A stretch of 64,000 nt of DNA, from the NCBI GenBank assembly GCA_963834265.1, contig CAWIAU010000003.1:76475-140474 (forward strand), in the 5' to 3' direction. Position 1 is the stretch's first letter, and the number at the start of each line of letters is the position of its first letter. A program made the translations under genes and the position numbers. Under the pieces are notes generated by a model that ran no database searches, was not told where the DNA came from, and was given only the letters and a program-made list of their open reading frames with translations. Origin of the DNA: an uncultured bacterium. GTDB taxonomy: Bacteria > Patescibacteriota > Saccharimonadia > Saccharimonadales > 2-12-FULL-41-12. This document shows, in pieces, positions 28,055-37,623 of this stretch.

Positions 28055-29338
28055 GTGTTTAATAAAAAAACTGTTCATAACATAGATATCGGTGGCAAAA
28101 CTGTTTTGGTGCGGGCAGATTATAATGTTCCCGTCAAAGATGGTGAGATAACCAATGATTACCGTATCAAGATGTCGTTGCCAACTATTCAATACCTTAT
28201 AGAAATGGGTTGTAAAATTGTAATTTGCTCTCACCTCGGCCGGCCCAAAGGCAGGGAAGATAACGATTGCTCGTTGTATCCTGTGAGCGTGCAGTTGGGT
28301 AAGCTGCTGGGGAAACCGGTCAGATTTGCGCCGGATTGCACAGGTGATGAAACACAGGCCAAAATTCAGGAACTGAATAACGGCGACGTGCTGTTACTGG
28401 AAAATCTGCGATACTATCCTGAAGAAGAGGCCAATGACGATAATTTTGCGGCCAAACTAGCCCGCGGCATGGAAATTTTCGTACAGGATGGATTCGGTGT
28501 GGTCCATCGGGCGCACGCCAGCACAGATGCAATTACGCGTCATTTGCCAGGTGTGGCAGGTCTGTTACTGGAGACAGAAGTTTCTACGATCCTTAAAGTC
28601 ATGGAAGATCCTGACAGGCCGTTGATGGCCCTGCTCGGAGGTGCAAAGATCAGCGATAAGATCGAAATGCTGAGTCGCTTTATTGAAATTGCTGATGTAG
28701 TGGCCGTGGGCGGTGCTATGTCAAATACCTTTCTGCTGGCCGAGGGTATCAAAATAGGTAACAGCCTGGCCGAACCGGACGAAGTGAATCTGGCAAAGGA
28801 TATTCTGAACCGTGCGCGAGCCAAAGCAAGACAGGGAAATTTTGTGTTTTATGTACCACAGGACGGCGTGGTTGCTAAAGCAATGGAAGAAAAGACCACG
28901 ACCAGAATTGTCGACTGGGGAACCCATGTTATTGCCGATATCGAGAGTTATCCCAAGCCTCCGCCTCCTTCAAGCAGTCTGGTAGAGCCTGATGAGCGAA
29001 TACTGGACATCGGACCATTCTCAGGTGCTTTTATCGCAGGTAGCATGCAGCTGGCGGATACGGTTATATGGAACGGAGCAATGGGAGTCACCGAAATCGA
29101 AGGTTTGCAGTCAGCTACCGGGCCATTTTCCCACGGTACAGAACTTGTCATCGAGGCTATGCTGGGACAGTTCGGCCATCGGCCGCACACTATAGTTGGC
29201 GGAGGAGATACTGTAGGCTATATCGAGAACCGGGGCCTGACTGATCACTTCGACCATGTTTCTACAGGTGGTGGGGCCAGTATGGATCTGATGAGCGGCA
29301 AGCCGTTACCAGGCGTAGAGGCACTACTGAGCAAATAG
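28055..29338 (+). CDS. pgk: phosphoglycerate kinase
   Basis: 427 aa with a GTG start. Motifs VRADYNVPV, SHLGRPKG, GGGDT and STGGGAS. Confidence 0.9.
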   Translation: MFNKKTVHNIDIGGKTVLVRADYNVPVKDGEITNDYRIKMSLPTIQYLIEMGCKIVICSHLGRPKGREDNDCSLYPVSVQLGKLLGKPVRFAPDCTGDETQAKIQELNNGDVLLLENLRYYPEEEANDDNFAAKLARGMEIFVQDGFGVVHRAHASTDAITRHLPGVAGLLLETEVSTILKVMEDPDRPLMALLGGAKISDKIEMLSRFIEIADVVAVGGAMSNTFLLAEGIKIGNSLAEPDEVNLAKDILNRARAKARQGNFVFYVPQDGVVAKAMEEKTTTRIVDWGTHVIADIESYPKPPPPSSSLVEPDERILDIGPFSGAFIAGSMQLADTVIWNGAMGVTEIEGLQSATGPFSHGTELVIEAMLGQFGHRPHTIVGGGDTVGYIENRGLTDHFDHVSTGGGASMDLMSGKPLPGVEALLSK

Positions 29339-29450
29339 TTAGAGCAGGTGTCTGAAAACTAAGATAATAAAAATCTAAAACAATACTCAACGTTTTGAAT
29401 TTCAATATCTTAGTTTTCCGGATTTTCTAGTATACTTAAGCATAAGAATT

Positions 29451-30224
29451 ATGAAACGTACGCTGATTGTTGGTAACTGGAAAATGCACCTGAGTGTTAG
29501 CGAGGCTAGTCTGTTGGCCGCTCGTCTGCAAAAACATATCAGCGCACATCGCGATATAGAAGTTGTGCTGGCGCCCAGTATGTTGGCATTACAACCTCTG
29601 GCCCAGCAGATTGATCGTCGCAAGTTCCGGCTGGCTGCCCAGAATGCTTTTCCGAAAGACGAGGGTCCATATACCGGCGAGGTTTCATTCGCTATGCTCC
29701 ATGGCATCGTTCATTATGTGATTATCGGACATTCTGAGCGCAGAATGCATTTTGGTGAATCACTGGAGATGATTCGTGACAAGGTAGCATCATGTGTACA
29801 CAATGGCATTATCCCTATTCTTTGTGTCGGCGAAACGGCTATCGAGCATAAGGCAGGAGAAACCAAACAGGTCTTGCATGACCAGGTAGTAACTGCGCTT
29901 AGTAATCTCACTGCGGAAGAAGTCGCTGAAATAGTTATCGCGTACGAACCGGTCTGGGCAATTGGCGCGGGAAATCCGGCCAAACCCGATCAGATAGAAG
30001 CGGCAATTACTTACATACGACATCAGATACTGGAATTGTATGGAGAGACAGCAGCAAAGGACATACGTATAATTTATGGTGCGAGTGTTGAGGCCGACTA
30101 CGTCCACGGTATATTGGGTATCGAGGGAGTGGACGGCTTACTGCCCGGGGGTGCCAGCCTGAATTATCATAAGTTCAGTAGTATAGTCGATGCCGCATAC
30201 CGGCTTAACCGGGAACCCGGCTAG
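29451..30224 (+). CDS. tpiA: triose-phosphate isomerase
   Basis: 257 aa. Motifs GNWKMH, IIGHSERR and AYEPVWAIGAG. Confidence 0.9.
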   Translation: MKRTLIVGNWKMHLSVSEASLLAARLQKHISAHRDIEVVLAPSMLALQPLAQQIDRRKFRLAAQNAFPKDEGPYTGEVSFAMLHGIVHYVIIGHSERRMHFGESLEMIRDKVASCVHNGIIPILCVGETAIEHKAGETKQVLHDQVVTALSNLTAEEVAEIVIAYEPVWAIGAGNPAKPDQIEAAITYIRHQILELYGETAAKDIRIIYGASVEADYVHGILGIEGVDGLLPGGASLNYHKFSSIVDAAYRLNREPG

Positions 30225-30832
30225 TGGCGACAAAGAAAAAAAGTACAGAAGAAGAATCCTCTGCGGAGACTAAGCTTTTTGATGTTACCAAACCCGGCAA
30301 AACTGCAGCCTCTGCGACTTCACGGCCTATTATTGTCGGTCATGGCGGTGCAATTAACCAGGATCCAATGGTTACGCCTCCCGCCGAAGATACGAAACCA
30401 TCAGAAAATTCTTCTTTACAAACACACGGCAATGCTGTGATTAGCCCGCTAAAAGCTGCAGTACCTGTAGAAGCTGGTAAAGAAACCAGTGAGACAGGAA
30501 ATACAGAACCCATTAATACGCCGGATACTGATTCAGTAAATCCTGAATCTTCAGATTCTGCCACAGTTGATGCACTGGCAAACGAAGCAAACGCCAAAAA
30601 AGAGCAAAAAAAAGAAGGTGACGAAAACGCTGCCCGTGTATTAGAGCTCGAAAAAATAATCGAAAGCAAACAGTACTTTGTACCCATAGGAGAGTCGAAA
30701 AGACATCGTTCAAATCAACGAATACTTATTACTTTTATTCTGCTGCTGATTATATCGGTTGTCGGAGCTAACTTTGCCGTTGATGCCGAAGTACTTGATA
30801 TCGGCGTAAAACCACTCACTGATGTACTATAA
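30224..30832 (+). CDS. hypothetical acidic low-complexity protein with a C-terminal TM anchor
   Basis: 202 aa. The GTG start overlaps the tpiA stop by 1 nt. C-terminal helix ILITFILLLIISVVGANF. Confidence 0.5.
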   Translation: MATKKKSTEEESSAETKLFDVTKPGKTAASATSRPIIVGHGGAINQDPMVTPPAEDTKPSENSSLQTHGNAVISPLKAAVPVEAGKETSETGNTEPINTPDTDSVNPESSDSATVDALANEANAKKEQKKEGDENAARVLELEKIIESKQYFVPIGESKRHRSNQRILITFILLLIISVVGANFAVDAEVLDIGVKPLTDVL

Positions 30833-30899
30833 TTAAGCTTCGAAGGAGAAAAACATAAAACTCAACCACAACGGGTTCTCAACCGTCATTATTATAGGG

Positions 30900-31601
30900 G
30901 TGGTTGTTATGGTAGGAATAATTTTTTTTGCGGGTTGGCGGGTCTATGATTCCAGCAAAGACAAGGACATGAGCCAGCCAGTTGCGGCGACCAAAACGGA
31001 AGACAAAAAAGAGCCGGACCAGCAAAAGAGAAGTGGTGTTCCAGCCGGATTTGGCGAGCTCAAGGTCGCTGGCATGCAGAGCCCGATCTACTACCCGTTG
31101 AGCCAAAATCCGGTGAAAGATGTGACCAGTGTTGATGAAGGTTACGGTGGAACATTCCAAAAAGAGACTTTTGTTGCCAAATATCAACTGAAAGATGTAA
31201 CCCTGAATGTTTTTAAAGCTGACGGCCTGGTTATCCAACAGGGAATTGGCGTGCCCCTCACGTGTGCCTACGACAAGGTGTCCAAAAAGTTCACTTTGGC
31301 TCCCGATAATAAATACGCTACCGCGCAGTCTTGCAATTTTAAGCTGACGGCATTTGACGGTGTCCGGTTCCTGGACAATAAAAACAGCTACGAATCGGTG
31401 TTCATTGCTAGCTACATTAGCCCGCCAGTAGAAAGTAATTTTTTGATCGAAGTAAGCGCCACGCATATCAATGAGTGTTACGGCTACGGTACGGAAACTA
31501 TTCCCGAAGCAGCGTGCAATCAGAAAATTAATGACAACCAACAAAAAGTCGATGCTTTCCTGAAAGAGCTGGTCAGAGGCAATACAGCACTTTTCCAATA
31601 A
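30900..31601 (+). CDS. hypothetical membrane-anchored protein
   Basis: 233 aa from GTG 30900. The frame is open upstream to an ATA at 30855, which sits 6 nt after a perfect AAGGAG. It was preferred over the antisense 239-aa ORF because of strand context and composition. Confidence 0.5.
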   Translation: MVVMVGIIFFAGWRVYDSSKDKDMSQPVAATKTEDKKEPDQQKRSGVPAGFGELKVAGMQSPIYYPLSQNPVKDVTSVDEGYGGTFQKETFVAKYQLKDVTLNVFKADGLVIQQGIGVPLTCAYDKVSKKFTLAPDNKYATAQSCNFKLTAFDGVRFLDNKNSYESVFIASYISPPVESNFLIEVSATHINECYGYGTETIPEAACNQKINDNQQKVDAFLKELVRGNTALFQ

Positions 31602-31630
31602 AGTTTCGAAGCTTGTTAGAATATAAGGTA

Positions 31631-33769
31631 ATGACAGAGAATAATATTCTGATTGGGTTGAATCCTGAGCAGCAGCGGGCTGTGGAGACTACCGAAGGCC
31701 CCTTGCTTATTCAGGCCGGAGCAGGGAGCGGCAAGACCAAAACGCTGACCCACCGCATTGCCTATATTATCGATTCAGGTAAAGCCACTCCTTATAATAT
31801 TCTGGCGGTAACATTTACCAACAAAGCTGCCCTGGAAATGCGTGAGCGACTGGCCCGTCTTCTCGGAAAAAACCCGAATGATCGCTCGTTTGTACCATTT
31901 ATGGGTACATTTCACAGTATCTGCGTTCGGTTGCTGCGTATGGACGGTAGTTATGTGGGCGTTCCTGCTAACTTTGTGATATTTGACGAAAGTGACCGCC
32001 TGGCAGCTATTAAACGTATTACCAAAGAGTTGATGACGGATGAAAAAGCGTTTCCGCCGCGCCAGATCGGATCGCTTATCTCGGGTGCCAAAAATGAATT
32101 GATCGGGCCAGCTGATTATAATCAGTTTGCAGGCGGTCCGCTGGAAAAAATTGTCGGCAATGTGTTCCCCCGCTACGAGGCCGCTCTCAAAGAATGCAGT
32201 GCACTTGATTTTGATGATCTGATCGGTAAGACTGTGCAATTACTTCAGGAGCATAAACCTATCCGGCAAAAGTGGCAGGAAACGTTTCGATACATCATGA
32301 TTGATGAGTATCAGGATACAAATGCTGCCCAGTATACCCTTATCAAACTGTTGGTCGGGGCAGGTAAAAATATTGCCGTGGTAGGTGATGACTGGCAGTC
32401 AATATATAGCTGGAGAGGCGCGGATTTCCGTAATATTCTGCGATTTGAGTCTGATTATCCGGATGCAACCATTATTAAACTTGAGCAAAATTATCGCAGT
32501 ACCAAAAATATTCTGGCAGCTGCGCATACTGTGATTATTGAAAATGCTGAACGCTCTGACAAAAAACTGTGGACTGATGCGGGTGACGGTTTGCCGGTCC
32601 GGATAATAACGGTGGCAAATGAGCGGGGTGAAGGGGAGGCAATTATACGCCGGGCAAAACATCAGGTGGACAGCGGAATACGCCGGTACAATGATTTCGC
32701 AGTGCTGTATCGTACCAATGCCCAGAGCCGTGCCCTTGAAGAAGCATGCCTGCACTATGGCGTGCCTTATCGCATTGTAGGCAATGTGCGCTTCTATGAC
32801 CGCAAAGAAATTAAAGATATCATTGCTTATATCCGTTTGTTATTTCAGCCGGAAGATCGGATCAGCTTCGAACGGATTGTGAATGTACCTGCCCGCGGCA
32901 TTGGCACAAAATCCCTGCAGATGTTTTTTGCCTGGCAAACTATCCGGGGACTGTCCCTGGCAGAAGCTCTGGCCCGTGTTTCAGAGTGTACTGACATCAC
33001 GCCGAAAGCGCGGCAGGCTGTGGGTGATTTCTCAGCAATAATGGATAATCTGCGAGCTATCATGGACGATACCAGTGTCTCCGGATTAATTGATTCTCTG
33101 ATCCGCCGGCTTGATTATATGAATTATCTGGATGACCACACGCCGCAGGGCGAGGCCCGACAGGAAAATGTTCGTGAGTTATTGAGCGTTGCAAAGCAAT
33201 ATGAAGAATTCGGGCTGGAAGGCTTTCTGGAAGAAATATCACTGGTGAGTGATGCCGGTAATTCGACCGATAATGGACAAGCTTTAACACTTATGACTCT
33301 GCACTCGGCCAAAGGACTGGAATTTCCGGTGGTATTTTTGCCGGGCATGGAAGAAACTATTCTGCCGCACTCCAGAGCTTTGTATGATCAGTCTGAAATG
33401 GAAGAGGAGCGTCGCCTCTGTTATGTCGGTATGACACGGGCCCGTGAAGAACTCTATCTGATATGCAGTTCATCGCGTATGCTGTATGGCGGAGTTCAGC
33501 ACAACGCCCCCAGCCGGTTTTTGTCCGGGATAGAAGGTAGTGTTGAAACAGGTATTTTACCGGATGCTGCTCCGGCGTTTTCTGATAATGGCAGAGTCTC
33601 AGACGAGCCACGTTATGTGCCGGTAATTAATGAAGGGGACCATGTAATACATAGCTTATTCGGCGAGGGCACCGTCGTTGAGATGGAGGGAGAAAACGCA
33701 GTTATTTACTTCAAAGGTAAAGGGCCGAAAAAGCTCAATATTGCCTTCGCTCCCTTACAGAAATTATAA
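31631..33769 (+). CDS. pcrA: ATP-dependent DNA helicase PcrA/UvrD (superfamily 1)
   Basis: Walker A GAGSGKT and DEYQDT, with helicase motifs throughout. ATG 31631 (MTENNIL) was preferred over the ORF-track TTG at 31613. Confidence 0.9.
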   Translation: MTENNILIGLNPEQQRAVETTEGPLLIQAGAGSGKTKTLTHRIAYIIDSGKATPYNILAVTFTNKAALEMRERLARLLGKNPNDRSFVPFMGTFHSICVRLLRMDGSYVGVPANFVIFDESDRLAAIKRITKELMTDEKAFPPRQIGSLISGAKNELIGPADYNQFAGGPLEKIVGNVFPRYEAALKECSALDFDDLIGKTVQLLQEHKPIRQKWQETFRYIMIDEYQDTNAAQYTLIKLLVGAGKNIAVVGDDWQSIYSWRGADFRNILRFESDYPDATIIKLEQNYRSTKNILAAAHTVIIENAERSDKKLWTDAGDGLPVRIITVANERGEGEAIIRRAKHQVDSGIRRYNDFAVLYRTNAQSRALEEACLHYGVPYRIVGNVRFYDRKEIKDIIAYIRLLFQPEDRISFERIVNVPARGIGTKSLQMFFAWQTIRGLSLAEALARVSECTDITPKARQAVGDFSAIMDNLRAIMDDTSVSGLIDSLIRRLDYMNYLDDHTPQGEARQENVRELLSVAKQYEEFGLEGFLEEISLVSDAGNSTDNGQALTLMTLHSAKGLEFPVVFLPGMEETILPHSRALYDQSEMEEERRLCYVGMTRAREELYLICSSSRMLYGGVQHNAPSRFLSGIEGSVETGILPDAAPAFSDNGRVSDEPRYVPVINEGDHVIHSLFGEGTVVEMEGENAVIYFKGKGPKKLNIAFAPLQKL

Positions 33770-33791
33770 AATATGGTAAAATATATAAGTT

Positions 33792-34970
33792 TTGTATAGA
33801 TATATGAGTGCATCGAATTCTACGTCTTTTTTTAAATTGAACTTCCGGCACAGGCATCCGTTCGTGGTCCCGGTGATAACTTTTTTTGCCTTGTTTTTTG
33901 CCTCGTGCATAGGTTTGGTTATGACAGGCGGAGAAACAATCGGAGCCAAAGATTCCAGGATTGTGCAGCTGTATGTTGATGGCAAAAAGCGTGCAGTACC
34001 TACCCGTGCATCAACTGTCGGCGAGGTTCTGAATCGTCTGGATGTAGAACTGCGCGAAGAAGATGTGGTAGACCCGGCTGTCGACAGTCCGATTACTGGC
34101 AATAATTTCAGTATAAATATTTATCGTGCCCGTCCCGTTACCATTATTGACTCGGGAGGTCAAAAAACCAGAGCTAAAATAGCTGACCGGGAACCATCTG
34201 ATATTGCCAGAAAAGCCGGGCTGACGATATATCCCGAGGATAAACTTACTGCCATGTCCCCTGCCGGGGTGTTACACAGCGGAGTAATAGGTGAACAGAT
34301 TGTCATTGACCGGGCATTACCTGTCAAATTGAGTTTGTATGGCACAACCTATGATATCCGTACTCAGGCTCACAGCGTGGCTGAGTTGGTGAAGGAGAGG
34401 GGAATTCATTATGATCAGGCTTCTGTTCTGCCAGATCCGGAGACTGCGCTAAAAGCAAACGATATAGTGTTTGTTACAGAGGTAGGGAAACAGATTGCCG
34501 TTGTGGAGGAAGCCATATCTCCACCTGTACAATATGTTGACAGTGCCGATCTTGATATCGGAACTACAAAAACCAAAGAGGAGGGTACGCCCGGCAAAAA
34601 AGTTGTAGTTTATGATGTAGCACCGAACGGTGCAAAGAAGCCTCTGCAGGAGATTGTGGTTTTACAGCCTGTCCGGAAACTTGTAGCCCGCGGAGTGAAA
34701 CCTAAACCCGGCTTTGATGGTGGCTTCGATGCGGCCCTCGCCAGGCTGAGAAGCTGTGAGGGAAGCTACTCCAGTAATACAGGGAACGGCTATTATGGCG
34801 CATATCAGTTCGATGTTGGCACCTGGGGTAACTACGGCGGGTATCCGAATGCGGCAGCAGCCCCTCCTCTGGTTCAGGATCAAAAAGCCAAAGAAACATA
34901 TATGCGTCGTGGATGGCAGCCGTGGCCGAGCTGCAAAAATAAGATGGGCCTGCAGGACGTATATCGTTGA
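33792..34970 (+). CDS. YabE/RpfB-like cell-wall protein (DUF348 repeats, G5-like segment, Rpf/transglycosylase-like C-terminus)
   Basis: 392 aa with an N-terminal TM helix. C-terminal CEGSYSSNTGNGYYGAYQFDVGTW resembles the resuscitation-promoting-factor domain. It sits upstream of rsmA, as in Firmicutes and Actinobacteria. Confidence 0.7.
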   Translation: MYRYMSASNSTSFFKLNFRHRHPFVVPVITFFALFFASCIGLVMTGGETIGAKDSRIVQLYVDGKKRAVPTRASTVGEVLNRLDVELREEDVVDPAVDSPITGNNFSINIYRARPVTIIDSGGQKTRAKIADREPSDIARKAGLTIYPEDKLTAMSPAGVLHSGVIGEQIVIDRALPVKLSLYGTTYDIRTQAHSVAELVKERGIHYDQASVLPDPETALKANDIVFVTEVGKQIAVVEEAISPPVQYVDSADLDIGTTKTKEEGTPGKKVVVYDVAPNGAKKPLQEIVVLQPVRKLVARGVKPKPGFDGGFDAALARLRSCEGSYSSNTGNGYYGAYQFDVGTWGNYGGYPNAAAAPPLVQDQKAKETYMRRGWQPWPSCKNKMGLQDVYR

Positions 34971-34989
34971 CAGACAGATTGTACGTCGT

Positions 34990-35790
34990 ATGGCTGTAGA
35001 ACATATTCCTAAGAAGTCTCTCGGGCAGCACTGGCTGAACGACGAAAGTATGTTGCATGCTATGTGCGACATGGCCGGGGTAAATGCGGGGGACGCGGTT
35101 CTGGAAATTGGTCCCGGGCACGGTACTCTCACCGAAAAACTTCTGGAAAGGGGCACTGAAGTAACAGCTATTGAAAAAGATGAGTTCCTTGCCTCCCGGC
35201 TCAACTCCCGGGCAGAGGCCAAAAAACAACTCCGGCTGCACGTGATAACCGGTGATATTCTGACATTTGACCTGAGCTCTATGTCAAATGGTTATAAAGT
35301 GGTGGCCAATATTCCGTATTATCTGACCAGCAAATTAATCCGGGTTCTGTCCGAATCGTCTAATCCTCCTGTGTCAGTCACTCTGTTAATACAAAAAGAA
35401 GTCGCGCAGCGTTTGGCAGCCGGTCCGGGCAGTATGTCACTGCTCACGGTATCGGCAGGCATGTATTTTATACCGGGCCTTGGTCCGGTTGTACCAGCCG
35501 GACTGTTTACTCCACCCCCGAAAGTTGATTCGCAAATCGTGCATTTAGAGCGAAGGAAAAAACCGCTATTCGGCAAAACAGATTCAAAAAAATTATTTCG
35601 TGTTGTAAAAGCCGGGTTTTCTAACCGGCGTAAAACACTCCTTAATTCTTTGTCATCCGGATTGCAGTTGTCTAAAGAAGAAACAACTCACTTTCTGGAT
35701 ATCTCTCAGATTGATCCTAAGTGCCGACCCCAGGAACTGAGCCCGGAACAATGGATCAGACTTACTAATGTGATATCACAAAACGATTAA
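34990..35790 (+). CDS. rsmA: 16S rRNA (adenine1518/1519-N6)-dimethyltransferase RsmA/KsgA
   Basis: 266 aa from ATG 34990 (MAVEHIPKKSLGQHWL). SAM motif EIGPGHGTLT and NIPYY. The ORF-track start at 34756 is an over-extension that overlaps the upstream gene. Confidence 0.9.
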   Translation: MAVEHIPKKSLGQHWLNDESMLHAMCDMAGVNAGDAVLEIGPGHGTLTEKLLERGTEVTAIEKDEFLASRLNSRAEAKKQLRLHVITGDILTFDLSSMSNGYKVVANIPYYLTSKLIRVLSESSNPPVSVTLLIQKEVAQRLAAGPGSMSLLTVSAGMYFIPGLGPVVPAGLFTPPPKVDSQIVHLERRKKPLFGKTDSKKLFRVVKAGFSNRRKTLLNSLSSGLQLSKEETTHFLDISQIDPKCRPQELSPEQWIRLTNVISQND

Positions 35791-35809
35791 TTTGGCACAT
35801 CCACCGTTT

Positions 35810-36556
35810 CTAAGTAATCAGGCTGTATAAAGTATGAAAATTAACCCGGCCATCCGGAGCAATGGTTTTAACTGCCACGGCAATGCGGGTATCTGCATTC
35901 AGATTATTCCATAATAACTCAGCCATTTCACGGGCATTCGCCAGTATTGGCAATCGAACAGGCGGCTCGTCGAATGACGGCAGCGGAACATCATTGCCTG
36001 CGTAGGTATGCAAACAATATCCGACGCCTGATTCGAGCTGTATCTCCGGAGAATGTTCAGTATAAGACTTACGAATCGGCTGATCTGAATCGGGCGTTTT
36101 ACGAATGATTGTCAGACCATACGCGGACTCATTTTCGCCGGCTTCAGTATTAATGTAGCCACTGATCCGTGGTGTAAAATTCGGCGTGTCCGGTTCGTAG
36201 GTTTCGGACTGCATTGCCTCGTCGAAACTTTTTCCACTGCGCAAATATTGCACAATAGTTGCAGTCTGATCGCCATTACTGACTATATGCACCGGACCTG
36301 CTGCCCGCATCGCATCGTATATTGTGAGTTCCGGCCAGGTTACCGGTTTGGTTTTATCATATGTCTCAGTGCTGATGATATTATCCTGCAACACCAGAAT
36401 CCGGTTGCGAGAATCGTCGCTGCGTCCGCCGATAGCATAGGCCTGCACAGCTGTTTTATCCTCGTAGCCCATAATTATTACCCGCCCGGGGTATGGATTA
36501 GCTGCTAAAATTGCCAGGTTTTGTTCCGGAGTATTATCTGATTTGTATAACGGCAT
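35810..36556 (-). CDS. purO: IMP cyclohydrolase, PurO (archaeal) type
   Basis: 248 aa. By-eye alignment to recalled M. jannaschii PurO shows YPGRVIIMG...YAIGGRSDDSRNR, IVSNGDQTATI and YEPDTPNFTPRI. Confidence 0.7.
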   Translation of the reverse strand: MPLYKSDNTPEQNLAILAANPYPGRVIIMGYEDKTAVQAYAIGGRSDDSRNRILVLQDNIISTETYDKTKPVTWPELTIYDAMRAAGPVHIVSNGDQTATIVQYLRSGKSFDEAMQSETYEPDTPNFTPRISGYINTEAGENESAYGLTIIRKTPDSDQPIRKSYTEHSPEIQLESGVGYCLHTYAGNDVPLPSFDEPPVRLPILANAREMAELLWNNLNADTRIAVAVKTIAPDGRVNFHTLYSLIT

Positions 36557-36614
36557 AAGATGTATAGATCAAAGATAATTGTGACATTTTGACGCCGCAA
36601 ATACAAATCGAAAA

Positions 36615-36756
36615 ACCTGACTCTCAAAACCTGAATTATAGCCGGGGTCCTGTCAAACGGTCCGCCCCGCTTTTGTGCTCGTCTGCTGACTGCGCGCTAA
36701 ATCGGGTGCTGCCTCGCCATTTGCCACCCCATATTGATGGGTTTTGAGATTCAGGT
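36615..36756. mobile_element. MITE-like palindromic element, decayed copy (142 bp)
   Basis: The left ~100 bp is essentially identical to 42491..42635. Terminal inverted repeats are ACCTGACTCTCAAAACC and GGTTTTGAGATTCAGGT, with 1 mismatch. Confidence 0.6.
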
Positions 36757-36843
36757 AAAAAATATCATGCGGCCACTCATGAAGCTTTACTTTTTGGAGC
36801 CAAAGCCGGACAATTAACTCAGAATTTAACCGGAGTACTATCG

Positions 36844-37623
36844 ATGGACAAGAATGAAGTCAATCCAAAACAAGCAAATAACAGGATCAGCTTAAGTCTG
36901 GATACCAGAATCATAATTCTGGCCCTGCTGGTGATAATATGCGGTATGCTGCTTACATGGAAGCCATGGGAAAGCACACCTGACAGCAACGACAGAACAA
37001 TCACTGTTAGCGGTGAGGCCAAAATTACGCAGGAGCCGGATGAGTACGCCTTCAATCCGACTTATCAGTTCAAGGACTCGAATAAAGATGCTGCCCTTGC
37101 GGCGCTGACCAAAAAGAGCGGAGAAATAACCAGCAAACTTAAAGCGCTGGGTGTACCTGACGGCAAGATCAAAACAGATTCTGATGGCTACAACTACGAT
37201 TATTACTATGACGACACCGAGCGCAAGAGTACGTATTCGTTGCGAATGACTGTGACAACAGACAACAAAGATCTGGCACAAAAAGTTCAGGATTACCTGC
37301 TATCAACGGAACCTATGGGGCAGGTAACACCTCAGGCAAATTTCAGCGATGCCAAACGCAAAGAAATCGAGAGTAAAGCCCGTGACGAAGCAACCAAAGA
37401 TGCGCGGAGCAAAGCTGATCAATCTGCGAGGAATCTGGGATTCAAAGTCGGCAAAGTAAAGAGTATCAATGACGGCGAGAGCACGGGTGGTATCCGACCA
37501 TATAGCCGTGGAGCACCAGAGACTTCAATTGCAACAGATAGTGATAAGCCTCAAAGTCTGCAGATTCAGCCTGGCGAAGATAAACTGACCTATTCTGTTA
37601 CAGTCGTCTACTACGTCAGATAG
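36844..37623 (+). CDS. SIMPL (DUF541) domain-containing secreted protein
   Basis: 259 aa with an N-terminal TM anchor. The ITVSGEAKI...QPGEDKLTYSVTVVYYV pattern is typical of SIMPL/DUF541. Confidence 0.7.
   Translation: MDKNEVNPKQANNRISLSLDTRIIILALLVIICGMLLTWKPWESTPDSNDRTITVSGEAKITQEPDEYAFNPTYQFKDSNKDAALAALTKKSGEITSKLKALGVPDGKIKTDSDGYNYDYYYDDTERKSTYSLRMTVTTDNKDLAQKVQDYLLSTEPMGQVTPQANFSDAKRKEIESKARDEATKDARSKADQSARNLGFKVGKVKSINDGESTGGIRPYSRGAPETSIATDSDKPQSLQIQPGEDKLTYSVTVVYYVR

Noticed and set aside
30879-31598. 239-aa minus-strand ORF that almost exactly mirrors the plus-strand ORF 30900..31601
   Set aside because: The plus strand matches the direction of the neighbouring genes and has an upstream AAGGAG and an N-terminal TM anchor. 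The minus-strand product has odd composition and no start context. This remains a judgement call.
34662-35241. Long minus-strand ORFs (186 and 179 aa) and the 5' extension of rsmA to 34756
   Set aside because: They overlap the well-supported Rpf/YabE-like gene and rsmA, and their composition is Arg/Ser/Cys-rich and unlike real protein. The conserved RsmA N-terminus begins at ATG 34990.
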